From: Nostoc sp. DedSLP01 | GTDB lineage: Bacteria; Cyanobacteriota; Cyanobacteriia; Cyanobacteriales; Nostocaceae | Reading direction: 5' to 3' | DNA length: 64,000 nucleotides | NCBI GenBank assembly: GCA_034530875.2 | Contig: JAVRCJ020000004.1 | Coordinates: forward strand, 1-64,000 | Shown: one piece after another, positions 1 to 10,182 of the stretch | Position numbering within the stretch: the stretch's first letter is position 1 | Layout of the letters: every line of letters starts with the position of its first letter | Made by a program: the position numbers and the translations under genes | Notes under the pieces: generated by a model | What the model saw: only the letters and a program-made list of their open reading frames with translations | Told to the model about the DNA's origin: nothing | Database searches by the model: none

Positions 1-253
1 TTGGAACACTTGCAAAGACAGATGGGCTTGAATACACATAGTCAAACATCTGTCAATGCGTAAGTCCTAGATGGGTATAAGTTGTTTTAGTTTTTTCTAG
101 TTAATTAATGACATTTTGAGCCAGTAATGTTTAGAGCAAATAATTGCAAATTTGACCATAATTATTAACTTTTGTCTCTAAAAGTTAAAGAGAATCTCAA
201 AGCGGGAATTATCTATATAGATAAAAAAAGATTTGTAAATAAAAATAAGATTT

Positions 254-3200
254 ATGTTGACGATCGCTGGTTATCGCATAAACGAGCTAATTTATTCCAG
301 TTCCAATACCCTAGTACATCGCGCTCTTAGGGAATTAGATCGAAAACCAGTCATTATTAAACTACTGCGACACGACTATCCCAGCTTCAGCGAATTGGTG
401 CAGTTTCGCAATCAGTATGCGATCGCTAAAAATCTCGACATCCCAGGCATTGTCCAACCGCTGAGTCTAGAACCATACCAAAATGGCTATGCTTTGGTAA
501 TGAAAGACATTGGTGGCATCTCCCTACGCGATTACATCCAGGCTGCCCCTTTGAGGGTCGAACAATTCTGGCCAATTGCCCTGCAAATTGTAGATATCCT
601 CCACCAGCTATATCAGCAACGGATTATCCACAAAGACATTAAACCAGCTAATATTCTGATTCAACCAGAAACGGGGGAGATTAAGCTGATTGACTTTAGC
701 ATTGCCTCCCTGTTACCCCGCGAAACCCAAGAAATTCAAAATCCCAACATTCTAGAAGGCACACTCGCCTATATCTCACCGGAACAAACCGGGCGGATGA
801 ACCGGGGGATTGACTATCGCAGCGATTTCTATTCTTTGGGAGTTACCTTTTTTGAACTGCTCGCAGGACAGTTACCATTTCCAGTAGACGAACCAATGGA
901 AATGGTTCACGCCCATATAGCGAAACAACCGCCCTCTATCTGCGATCGCAATCCCGATCTGCCCATCATACTCGGTGAAATCATTTGCAAACTGATGGCC
1001 AAGAATGCGGAAGACCGCTATCAAAGCGCTCTCGGTCTCAAGCACGATCTGGTGCGATGCCAGGAAGAATATCATGTTGCGGGCAAACTCGCTTGGTTTG
1101 ATTTAGGCCAACGAGATATCAGCGATCGCTTTTTGATTCCCGAAAAACTCTACGGACGAGAACAAGAAGTTCAAAGCTTGCTTGATGCTTTTGGCCGAGT
1201 TGCCAACGGAGCCTCCGAACTGATGCTGGTGGCAGGTTTTTCCGGTATTGGCAAAACTGCCGTCGTCAATGAAGTGCATAAGCCGATTGTACGTTGGCAT
1301 GGCTATTTCATCAAAGGTAAATACGACCAGTTCAACCGCAATCTGCCGTTTAGTGCCTTTATCCAAGCCTTCCGCGACCTGATGGGTCAACTTCTAAGCA
1401 GTGATGACGCACAGTTAGCTGATTGGAAAGCGAAAATCCTGACGGCAGTGGGTGACAATGGCCAGGTACTCATCGAGGTGATTCCGGAACTCGAACAGGT
1501 CATCGGCCAACAACCCCCAGTACCAGAACTCTCCGGTAGTGCGGCTCAGAATCGTTTCAATCTGCTGTTCCAGAAGTTCATCACGGTGTTCACTACGCCA
1601 GAGCATCCACTAGTCATTTTCTTAGATGACTTGCAATGGGCTGATTCGGCTTCGCTGAACTTGCTGAAGCTACTGCTGACAGAACGCGATCGTGGTTATC
1701 TGTTCGTCATCGGAGCTTATCGGGATAACGAAGTGTTCCCGACTCATCCCTTGATGCTGATGCTTGATGAGGTTAAAAAAGCCCAAACCTTTATCCACAC
1801 CCTCACCCTACAACCCCTGAGCCAAGCCCATGTGAATCAGTTAACAGCAGATACGCTCAGTTGCTCAACTGAACTGGCTCAACCGCTTTCGGAGTTGGTC
1901 TATCAAAAAACCAACGGGAATCCCTTCTTCCTCACCCAATTTCTCAAAGCACTGCATGAAGACGGCTATATTTGGTTTGACTTTCAGACAGGACATTGGC
2001 AATGTGACTTGGCAACGGTGAAGTTACTCGCGCTCACGGATGATGTCGTCGAGTTCATGGCACTTCAGTTGCAAAAATTGCCGACTGCCACCCAGGCTGC
2101 TTTGAAACTGGCAGCTTGCATTGGCGCTCAGTTTGATTTGTCTACCTTGGCGATTGTCAATCAGCGATCGCCCGAAGATACCGCGCTCGATCTCTGGAAA
2201 GCCTTGCAAGAAGGCGTAATTCTGCCCATCAGTGATGTCTATAAGTTCTACCAATTATCAGAACTTCAGGTAGCAGAAGTCCAGCAGCCATTAACCTTTA
2301 ACTGTTCCTATCGCTTTCTCCACGATCGCGTCCAGCAAGCTGCTTATTCCCTCATCCCTGACGAGCAAAAACAGACGACTCATTACCAAATCGGACAACT
2401 TCTGCTGCAACAAGTTTCTCCAGCCGCTAGAGAAGAGCGCATTTTTGAAATCGTCAATCAGTTGAACTATGGAACCACGCTGATTGAAAAACAACAGCAA
2501 CGGGACGAACTCGCCCAACTCAACCTCACCGCTTGCCGCAAAGCCAGAGCCGCAACCGCCTATCATGCCGCCCGTGAATATGCCACAGTCGGGCTGCAAC
2601 TGCTGGGAGCAGACGCTTGGCAACGGGAGTACGAAATAACTCTATCCCTGCATGACTTAGCTGCCGAGGTTGCTTTTTTGGCTGGTGCTTTTGAACAGAT
2701 GGAGGAGTGGATTGAAGCGGTAATCGATCGTGCAAAAACGCCTCTAGAACGAGTGCCAGTTTATCAAGTCAGAATTCAGGCATTGGTCGCCCGCAATCAA
2801 TTTGTCGAGGCGATCGCGATCGGTCAATCAGTCTTCCGGATGTTGGGCGTGAACCTGCCAGACGAACCAACCCTAGACGACATTCGCCTCCTGAAGCAAG
2901 AAATTGATGCCTTAATTGAGGGTCGCTCCATCGAGTCATTCATTCATCTGCCGAAAATGACCGATCCGCAGCAATTAGCCATTATGCAAAATGCAGCGCG
3001 GCTGACACCAGTTTGTTACATGTCCGGCACAAAGCTTTATTTCCTAGTCGTGGCACTCCAGGTCAAATTATCGATTCAATTTGGCAACAGTCCGGTTTCG
3101 GCGTTTTGCTACGTGGGTTACGCCTTCCAACTGAGGATGCTGTGGAGCGATATGTCAAAAGTACCTCAGTTTGGGCAATTAGGATACCAACTCGCCTTAG

Positions 3201-5629
3201 AACCCGATGCCAAAAACATTCGAGCCGCAACTGCCATGTTAATGGGGGCTTACGTGGGTTCTTGGACGATCCATCTGCAAGACACGCTGCCTATTCTACT
3301 GGATGGATATCAAGCCGGGTTGGAAACCGGCAATCTAGAATTTATGGGCTACGATGCCCAGTTATACTGCTTCAATGCGTATTGGTACGGTCAACCGCTG
3401 GCTGAACTCGAACCCCAAATTCGTGCTTATTACCAGCAGTTGTCCGACCTCCACCAAGTCACCGCAGCAAACTGTGTATTGGCTTACTGGCAAGCGGCGC
3501 AAATTCTCTTAGGTCAGTCAGAACAAGAGATTCCCTTACGCCAGGATGCCTACGAACAGAAAGTTCTGGATGAGGCAAAAGTCGATTTTTACCGACTATC
3601 CTTCTTTTACCTTTATCGCTTCACGTTAAATTACTGGCTGCAAGACTTTGCCAAAGCCCAACACGATGCCGCTCAAACGCGACAGTATTTAGCTGGCGGG
3701 ATGGGAAGTATCGTTGAACCAATCTTCTATTTCTATGATTCTCTGACCGTACTGGCTCATCCTGGCGAATCAATTTCCCCCTCAGAACCGCAATGGCAGC
3801 AAATAGAAGAAAATCAAGCCAAGCTCAAAGATTGGGCAGATTACGGCCCGATGAATTACTTGCACAAATATCATTTAGTTGAAGGGGAAAAATATCGCGT
3901 TCTCGATCGCAAAACCGAAGCTATAGAATTTTACGATTTGGCGATCGCGGGTGCCAAAGCCAATGGCTATTCTCAGGAAGCAGCCCTTAGCAATGAACTG
4001 GCGGCAAAATTCTATCTGGATTGGAACAAAGAGCGCATCGCCCAAGCTTACTTGATTGAAGCCTACTATGGCTATGCTCGCTGGGGGGCGAAGGCCAAAC
4101 TCGCTGACTTGGAAACTCGCTATCCCCAACTGCTAGCTCCCATCCTCCAAGAGGCGCAGACACCACTTTCTATTGACGAAACCTTATTTTCCACTGCAAC
4201 TGTCACCTCGACTAGTACTTCCTCCACCAGTCTTTCTGATTCTCTGGATCTGGTTGCCATCCTCAAAGCGTCGCAAACTCTTTCGGGTGAAATCGAGCTT
4301 GAGCCGTTAATTGGTACTCTCTTGCTAACGGTAATGCAAACCTCTGGTGCGACGCAGTGCGCTTTGATGTTGAGTGAGGGGCAAAATCTCACAGTTCAGG
4401 CTAGGGCAGAACTTACGGCATCGCGCCAAATCGAAACGCAGATTCTACATCCAACCCAGTCGCTTGTTGATAGTGGTATAGTGCCCATCAGTCTGGTAAC
4501 AAAAGTCAAACGCAGCTTGCAACCTGCTGTGATTAGCAACGCTGCACAAGAGCCGCTATTGCTCGGCGATGCGTATATCCAAAACCAACAGCCCAAGAGT
4601 TTGCTGTGCAGCCCGATTCTGCAACAGGGTAAGTTGCTGGGCATAGTCTATCTAGAAAATAACCTGGCAACGGGAGCCTTTACCCGCGATCGCGTTGAAG
4701 TGCTGAATCTGCTGTGCGCCCAAGCTGCGATTTCACTGGAAAATGCTCGTCTCTATCAGCAAGCCCAAGCATATACTCAACAGCTCCAAGAATCTCAGCT
4801 TCAGATTGTGCAAAGCGAAAAAATGGCGACTTTGGGTAATTTGGTAGCAGGGGTGGCTCACGAAATTAATAACCCCGTCGGCTTCCTCAACGGCAGTATT
4901 AACAATGCCAAAGATTATGTACTCGACCTGTGTGAGTATTTACACATCTATCAGCAGCACCAGCCACCTACGGGTGCGGTGGCCGAATTAGCCGAAGAAC
5001 TTGACCTGGAGTTTATGTTGGAGGATTTACCTAAGTTAATTGACTCAATGAAAGGCGCAACCGATCGCATTAAAGGCATCAGTACCAGCTTGCGTACCTT
5101 CTCTCGTGCCGATACAGAACACAAAGTTAAAGTCAACTTGCACGAAGGGTTAGATAGTACGCTGTTGATTCTCAAGTATCGGCTCAAAGCCAATGAAAAT
5201 CGGCCTGCCATTGGAGTTATCCGCAACTACGGTGACATTCCTGAAATTGATTGCTTCCCCGGTCAGCTTAACCAGGTGTTTATGAACATTCTGGCTAATG
5301 CGATTGATATGTTCGATGAAATAGCACAGCAAACAACCTTTGAAGAGTTAGAAAATCATCCCCAACAAATCGCGATTCGCACTGCATTATTATCCGAACA
5401 AAATGCAGTTGAAATTTGTATTTCTGACAACGGTAAAGGCATGAATGAAGAAGTTAAATCTAAGATTTTCGAGCGTTTGTTTACCACTAAAGAGGTTGGC
5501 AAAGGAACGGGGTTAGGCTTGGCGATCGCCCGTCAGATTGTCGTCGAGAAACATGATGGTCGGCTGGAAGTTCAGTCCCAATTAGGACAAGGCTCTGAGT
5601 TTTCCATCTCACTCCCGGTTCGGGGTTAA
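254..5629 (+). CDS. HstK-type hybrid Ser/Thr kinase - AAA ATPase - GAF - histidine kinase
   Basis: HKDIKPAN/DFS/SPEQ kinase motifs, Walker A GFSGIGKT, FLDDLQWAD, GAF region (YLENN..GAFT), H-box AHEINNP, N-box QVFMNILANA, G boxes DNGKG and GKGTGLGL. Confidence 0.92.
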   Translation: MLTIAGYRINELIYSSSNTLVHRALRELDRKPVIIKLLRHDYPSFSELVQFRNQYAIAKNLDIPGIVQPLSLEPYQNGYALVMKDIGGISLRDYIQAAPLRVEQFWPIALQIVDILHQLYQQRIIHKDIKPANILIQPETGEIKLIDFSIASLLPRETQEIQNPNILEGTLAYISPEQTGRMNRGIDYRSDFYSLGVTFFELLAGQLPFPVDEPMEMVHAHIAKQPPSICDRNPDLPIILGEIICKLMAKNAEDRYQSALGLKHDLVRCQEEYHVAGKLAWFDLGQRDISDRFLIPEKLYGREQEVQSLLDAFGRVANGASELMLVAGFSGIGKTAVVNEVHKPIVRWHGYFIKGKYDQFNRNLPFSAFIQAFRDLMGQLLSSDDAQLADWKAKILTAVGDNGQVLIEVIPELEQVIGQQPPVPELSGSAAQNRFNLLFQKFITVFTTPEHPLVIFLDDLQWADSASLNLLKLLLTERDRGYLFVIGAYRDNEVFPTHPLMLMLDEVKKAQTFIHTLTLQPLSQAHVNQLTADTLSCSTELAQPLSELVYQKTNGNPFFLTQFLKALHEDGYIWFDFQTGHWQCDLATVKLLALTDDVVEFMALQLQKLPTATQAALKLAACIGAQFDLSTLAIVNQRSPEDTALDLWKALQEGVILPISDVYKFYQLSELQVAEVQQPLTFNCSYRFLHDRVQQAAYSLIPDEQKQTTHYQIGQLLLQQVSPAAREERIFEIVNQLNYGTTLIEKQQQRDELAQLNLTACRKARAATAYHAAREYATVGLQLLGADAWQREYEITLSLHDLAAEVAFLAGAFEQMEEWIEAVIDRAKTPLERVPVYQVRIQALVARNQFVEAIAIGQSVFRMLGVNLPDEPTLDDIRLLKQEIDALIEGRSIESFIHLPKMTDPQQLAIMQNAARLTPVCYMSGTKLYFLVVALQVKLSIQFGNSPVSAFCYVGYAFQLRMLWSDMSKVPQFGQLGYQLALEPDAKNIRAATAMLMGAYVGSWTIHLQDTLPILLDGYQAGLETGNLEFMGYDAQLYCFNAYWYGQPLAELEPQIRAYYQQLSDLHQVTAANCVLAYWQAAQILLGQSEQEIPLRQDAYEQKVLDEAKVDFYRLSFFYLYRFTLNYWLQDFAKAQHDAAQTRQYLAGGMGSIVEPIFYFYDSLTVLAHPGESISPSEPQWQQIEENQAKLKDWADYGPMNYLHKYHLVEGEKYRVLDRKTEAIEFYDLAIAGAKANGYSQEAALSNELAAKFYLDWNKERIAQAYLIEAYYGYARWGAKAKLADLETRYPQLLAPILQEAQTPLSIDETLFSTATVTSTSTSSTSLSDSLDLVAILKASQTLSGEIELEPLIGTLLLTVMQTSGATQCALMLSEGQNLTVQARAELTASRQIETQILHPTQSLVDSGIVPISLVTKVKRSLQPAVISNAAQEPLLLGDAYIQNQQPKSLLCSPILQQGKLLGIVYLENNLATGAFTRDRVEVLNLLCAQAAISLENARLYQQAQAYTQQLQESQLQIVQSEKMATLGNLVAGVAHEINNPVGFLNGSINNAKDYVLDLCEYLHIYQQHQPPTGAVAELAEELDLEFMLEDLPKLIDSMKGATDRIKGISTSLRTFSRADTEHKVKVNLHEGLDSTLLILKYRLKANENRPAIGVIRNYGDIPEIDCFPGQLNQVFMNILANAIDMFDEIAQQTTFEELENHPQQIAIRTALLSEQNAVEICISDNGKGMNEEVKSKIFERLFTTKEVGKGTGLGLAIARQIVVEKHDGRLEVQSQLGQGSEFSISLPVRG

Positions 5630-5752
5630 ATCAACCATCGCTGCGGCACAGTACAACAACTGTGTTGCAGCCGACAGATTATACCATTTGACTAAAATAA
5701 TGGAACAGATTTATTTAACCATTGAAAGCTTTGCCCAATCTTAGTTTTTGAA

Positions 5753-5785
5753 TTGCTTTAGCGTTGCCCCGCAACGCTAAAGCAA
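5753..5785. terminator. Perfect 15-bp-stem hairpin between convergent genes, probable bidirectional terminator or dispersed repeat
   Basis: TTGCTTTAGCGTTGC-ccc-GCAACGCTAAAGCAA. Confidence 0.55.
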
Positions 5786-5937
5786 CGCTCATGCTTGGTA
5801 GAGCCTTATAATATCTCTTTCTCTTCCTTGAGTCAGTGTTGAGTGAACTCTACCTTTGACTACCTTCCAAACTTTTGGTTCTAACTCTCCATAGAGCGAT
5901 CGCACTTGTATATTATTGTTGTTGGCGATCGCCATTT

Positions 5938-6522
5938 TCAATCATGAACCGTACTATCGGGCATGATTGCTCCCTGGAAATCAGCGTCAGTGAGAATTGC
6001 TCCGGTTAAGTCTGCTCCTCGCAGATTCGCCTTTCGCAGAATCCATTGAGATCTGCATAGCTGAGATCTGCTCCTTGCAAACTAGCTTGACTGAGATCTG
6101 TTGCCAAATTTCCCCATTGTGTTGTGTGGCTCAAATTTGCTCGACACAACTTTGCTTTATCTAGGTTGGCGTGATGAAGTAAAGCTGCTCTCAAATCCGC
6201 GTAGCTCAAATCTGCATCGCTTAAAACCGCATATCCTAAGTCAGTGCGTTGATTGGAACTAGGACGCAAGTCTGTTTGAATAAGCAAAGAACCAGAGAGC
6301 TTTGCATGATTCAAGTTAGCACCACATAAACTAGCTTTGATTAAGTTGGCTTTGTCTAAGCGCGTCTCAACCAGCTTGGCACCAGTCAAATCAGCCTCAC
6401 GCAGAATAGCACCATATAAGTCGGCTTGACTTAAGTCTATTCCCCAAAGAATCGCTTCACTGAGGTCTGCCTCCCGCAGACATGCTTGATTGAAGTTGGT
6501 TTTACCCAGCCGTGTCTGGCGT
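5938..6522 (-). pseudogene. hetL: hetL pentapeptide-repeat protein pseudogene (5'-truncated by the CAST end, frameshift at ~6043)
   Basis: RQTRLGK..CLREADLSEAILWGIDLS..DLRPSSNQRTDLGY..QWGNLA match HetL as recalled from Anabaena PCC 7120; after the frameshift the frame continues ILRKANLRGADLTGAILTDADFQGAIMPDSTVHD* to TGA at 5940-5938; the first ~40 codons are replaced by the transposon end. Confidence 0.88.
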
Positions 6523-6760
6523 TGTACATTCACTAATTAGATGTCGTTGTTTAACAAATTAAGGTCGCCAGACAGAAATGACAAAACCCTTTTACAGCAA
6601 GGGTTTTATTACTTTATACTAATGTCCAAAAGTGACTAAAAATTTTTTGCCCATTTCACAAATTGAGGTCGGAAAAGCAAAAAGTTTCACATTTTAAGCG
6701 TCTTTTATTTTCATGAGTGAGAAAGTGTGTTGTTGAAGGACTTCACGAATTAGATGTCGC
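6523..6760 (+). repeat. CAST right (tnsB-proximal) end with TnsB-binding repeats
   Basis: TGTACA terminus, then TTCACTAATTAGATGTCG, TTAACAAATTAAGGTCG, TTCACAAATTGAGGTCG (~6656), TTCACGAATTAGATGTCG (~6742). Confidence 0.88.
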
Positions 6761-6774
6761 ATTCTTGAGCGCAG

Positions 6775-7235
6775 CAATGTATTTACTCAATATAAGGGTA
6801 TCTTCTATTTGGTAGCAGCGCAAACTGTCTAAGCGTGCCGAAGATCGTAAGTTGGAAAGTTTACGTCGTAGCGTTTCAATGCTTTATAAGCTCGGTTTCT
6901 CAAATCTTTCCATATCAGACCCTTCACATTCACTGTGGAGGGTTTTGATTTTCCAATAAATTCCAGTGCATTACCCATTCAGGGGAGAGGTACTCCAACC
7001 TTGGTTTTACCATTGGCGATAGTACTGGTGTAAGGTGCTTTGGTGCTAATAGTCGTAAAACATATTTTATTGCGGCGAAGTCAGAAGCAAGCAATGACTC
7101 CAAATACCCATCTAAGTAGCCAAATATCAGTCCTGTGATTTTTTTCTTGACCTGTCTTTTGGTTTTTGCCCAATCAATAACAATCAATCATAAACTCGCA
7201 TTTCTAGTTCTGCTTCTTGCTTCTTGAACCCTAGC
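6775..7235 (-). pseudogene. Degenerate tyrosine recombinase/integrase remnant
   Basis: Minus-strand frames read WVFGVIACF*LRRNK..PYT..NGKT / LSPEWVMHWNL / ALKRYDVNFPTYDLRHA*, the R..K..H-x-x-R-type core of cyanobacterial integrases, broken by stops and frameshifts. Confidence 0.65.
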
Positions 7236-7418
7236 CTAGAGTTAGACCTAGAAACAGAAGCTCATAAGTGGAGAAGACGTTATGAGTCAATAGTTAGCTA
7301 TATAGCTTCATATTTCTCTCAGCTTGAATTGGATAACATAATATTTCCTAATCGTAATTAATCTTCATCTAGTTTTTACCTCTCAAAAATATTTTGAGGG
7401 GTCGTTGATAAATAACTT

Positions 7419-7450
7419 TACACACAATAAGTTTAGTTTTGCACACTATA
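7419..7450 (+). promoter_or_regulatory. Candidate operator upstream of tnsB, shared with the cas12k promoter
   Basis: TACACACAATAAGTTTAGTTTTGCACACTATA, 27/32 identical to 28440-28471. Confidence 0.65.
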
Positions 7451-7604
7451 TGATAATGTAACAATATTCGTACAATCCAATTCGGAATATAAATTGAGTC
7501 ATTATCTGACTACAATCTCCAATCTCAGAGGATATTTAATGCTTTACATAATTAGGTCAAACTTGCAAAGTTAAAGATTTTATCTTCAAATTTTTAAGTT
7601 AATA

Positions 7605-9344
7605 ATGTATCAAAAATTAAAAGATACTTATCCTGCAAACGAAGATGATGCTGTTGAATCACAACATCAAAATGCTACAACCTCTTCTAAATTGCCGTCA
7701 GAGGAGTTAATAACTGACGAAGTAAAGCTGAGGATGGAGGTAATTCAAAGCTTAACTGAGCCATGCGATCGCAAAACCTACAGTGAGAAAAAGAAAAATG
7801 CTGCCGAAAAATTGGGTGTAACAATTCGTCAGGTAGAGCGATTGCTGAAAAAATGGCAGGAAGAAAGGTTAGTTGGGCTTGCGACAATACGTTCAGACAA
7901 AGGAAAATACCGCTTAAATCAAGAATGGGTAGATTTCATAATTAAGACTTACATCGATGGCAATAAGAACGGTAAACGAATGACCCGCCATCAGGTATTT
8001 TTAAAGGTTAAAGGTAAAGCTAAGGTAGAAGGTCTAAAAAAAGGTGAGTATCCTAGTCACCAGTCAATTTATAGAATTCTAGATAAACATATTGAGGAAA
8101 AAGAAAGAAAAGACAAGGCACGTAGTCCTGGCTACTCAGGAGAAAAACTCACCCACATGACCCGCGATGGTCGAGAGTTGGAAGTTGAGGGCAGTAATGA
8201 TGTCTGGCAATGTGACCATACTCGCTTAGATGTAAGGTTGGTGGACGAGTATGGAGTCCTAGACCGTCCTTGGTTAACTATTGTGATTGACTCCTACTCT
8301 CGTTGTGTAATGGGTTTTTATTTGGGATTTGATCACCCTAGTTCTCAAATTGATGCTCTAGCTTTACGTCATGCAATTTTGCCCAAGTCTTATGGTTCTG
8401 AGTATCAATTACGTAACGAATGGGTAGCTTACGGAAAACCTAACTACTTTTACACTGACGGCGGTAAAGATTTTACTTCTATCCACACCACAGAACAAGT
8501 TGCAGTGCAAATAGGTTTTACTTGCGCTCTGAGAAGACGACCATCTGATGGTGGAATTGTTGAACGTTTTTTCAAAACGCTTAACGAGCAAGTATTAAAT
8601 ACTCTTGCTGGATATACAGGCTCAAATGTTCAAAAACGCCCAGACAACGTTGATAAACATGCTTGCCTGACTCTCAAGAATGTAGAGATGGTATTAGTAG
8701 GCTACATAGTTAATGAGTACAACCCGCACACAGATGGCAGGATGAAAGACCAATCTCGAATTGGGCGTTGGGAAGCTGGATTGATGACAGAACCATATCT
8801 TTATAATGAATTGGACTTAGCAATTTGTTTAATGAAACAAGAACGGCGCAAAGTTCAAAAGTATGGCTGTATTCAATTTGAAAATTTGACTTATCGGGCA
8901 GACCATTTGAGAGGTCGAGATGGAGAAACTATAGCACTAAGATATGACCCTGCCGATGTAACTACACTTCTTGTATACGAAATTAATGCAGACGGCACAG
9001 AAGAGTTTCTCGATTATGCCCATGCTCAAGGTTTAGAAACAGAACACCTATCCTTAAGAGAACTCAAGGCAATTAATAAGCGGTTAAAAGAAGCAAGTGA
9101 AGAAATCAATAATGACTCAATTTTAGAAGCAATGCTCAACCGCCAAGCTTTTGTAGAGCAAACAGTTAAACAAAACCGTAAACAACGCAGACAAGCAGCA
9201 AATGAGCAAGTTAATCCTGTGGAGCCAGTAGCTAAAAAATTTGCTGTTCCTGAACCTAAAGAAGTCGAAACAGAAGGTGATACAGAAGTGCAAATACCAA
9301 AGTATGAAGTTCGCTATATGGATGAATTTCTTGAAGAGGATTAG
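7605..9344 (+). CDS. tnsB: TnsB DDE transposase (Mu-like)
   Basis: N-terminal HTH (AAEKLGVTIRQVERL), WQCDHT, YTDGGKDF, GIVERFFKT catalytic triad, C-terminal IQFENL..Y. Confidence 0.96.
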   Translation: MYQKLKDTYPANEDDAVESQHQNATTSSKLPSEELITDEVKLRMEVIQSLTEPCDRKTYSEKKKNAAEKLGVTIRQVERLLKKWQEERLVGLATIRSDKGKYRLNQEWVDFIIKTYIDGNKNGKRMTRHQVFLKVKGKAKVEGLKKGEYPSHQSIYRILDKHIEEKERKDKARSPGYSGEKLTHMTRDGRELEVEGSNDVWQCDHTRLDVRLVDEYGVLDRPWLTIVIDSYSRCVMGFYLGFDHPSSQIDALALRHAILPKSYGSEYQLRNEWVAYGKPNYFYTDGGKDFTSIHTTEQVAVQIGFTCALRRRPSDGGIVERFFKTLNEQVLNTLAGYTGSNVQKRPDNVDKHACLTLKNVEMVLVGYIVNEYNPHTDGRMKDQSRIGRWEAGLMTEPYLYNELDLAICLMKQERRKVQKYGCIQFENLTYRADHLRGRDGETIALRYDPADVTTLLVYEINADGTEEFLDYAHAQGLETEHLSLRELKAINKRLKEASEEINNDSILEAMLNRQAFVEQTVKQNRKQRRQAANEQVNPVEPVAKKFAVPEPKEVETEGDTEVQIPKYEVRYMDEFLEED

Positions 9345-9353
9345 GTACAGAAT

Positions 9354-10181
9354 ATGACAGATACAAAACAATTAGAATTTTTTGAGGAACCTACGCCGGA
9401 AATCCAAGCTTACATCGAACGTTTGAGCCGCGCTCCTTACTTAGAATTAGAGCAAGTTAAACATTGTCACGCTTGGATGTATGAGTTAGTTATTTCTAGG
9501 ATGACTGGTCTATTGGTAGGAGAATCACGCTCTGGAAAAACAGTAACTTGTAAATCTTTTATAAAGAATTACAACAAATTAAAGCAAGGGCAAGAACAGC
9601 GTATAAAGCCAGTAGTTTATATTCAAATTCCAAGAAATTGTGGTTCCCGAGATTTTTTTATTAAAATTCTTAAAGCTTTAAATAAACCATCGAATGGAAC
9701 AATTTCGGATTTGAGAGAACGGGCACTTGATAGTCTTGAAATACATCAAGTTGAGATGCTAATTATTGATGAAGCAAATCACTTGAAATTTGAAACATTT
9801 TCAGATGTGCGGCATATCTATGATGACGATAATTTAAAAATTTCGGTTCTATTAGTAGGTACTACCAGTCGATTATTGACAGTGGTAAAACGTGATGAAC
9901 AAGTTCTTAATAGGTTTTTAGAACAGTTTCAACTAGATAAATTGGAAGACAAGCAATTTCAGCAAATAATTCAGGTTTGGGAACAAGATGTGCTTAGATT
10001 GCCCGAAGAATCAAAATTGGCAAGTGGAGATAACTTAAAGCTTTTGAAGCAGTCAACCAAAAAATTAATTGGTAGGTTAGATATGATACTTCGTAAAGCT
10101 GCTATTCGTTCATTATTGAGAGGTTATAAAAAAGTAGATCGGGGTGTTTTAAAAGAAATTATTCAAGCAACAAAATTCTAA
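9354..10181 (+). CDS. tnsC: TnsC (TniB) AAA+ ATPase
   Basis: Walker A GESRSGKT, Walker B LIIDEA; directly follows tnsB. Confidence 0.95.
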   Translation: MTDTKQLEFFEEPTPEIQAYIERLSRAPYLELEQVKHCHAWMYELVISRMTGLLVGESRSGKTVTCKSFIKNYNKLKQGQEQRIKPVVYIQIPRNCGSRDFFIKILKALNKPSNGTISDLRERALDSLEIHQVEMLIIDEANHLKFETFSDVRHIYDDDNLKISVLLVGTTSRLLTVVKRDEQVLNRFLEQFQLDKLEDKQFQQIIQVWEQDVLRLPEESKLASGDNLKLLKQSTKKLIGRLDMILRKAAIRSLLRGYKKVDRGVLKEIIQATKF

Positions 10182-10182
10182 A

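Noticed and set aside
872..5332. Numerous short antisense or alternate-frame ORFs inside long genes, here and throughout the window
   Set aside because: Shadow ORFs of well-supported CDSs with no independent motifs
5645..5676. ACAACAACTGTGTTGCAGCCGAC, reminiscent of an attC half-site
   Set aside because: No complementary second half or cassette array could be identified
6006..6533. 175-aa ORF as an intact pentapeptide protein starting MNVQ
   Set aside because: The start codon lies inside the transposon end and the C-terminus is out of frame; it is the hetL pseudogene
6930..7187. 85-aa ORF as a real gene
   Set aside because: It is a frame-chimeric piece of the degenerate integrase
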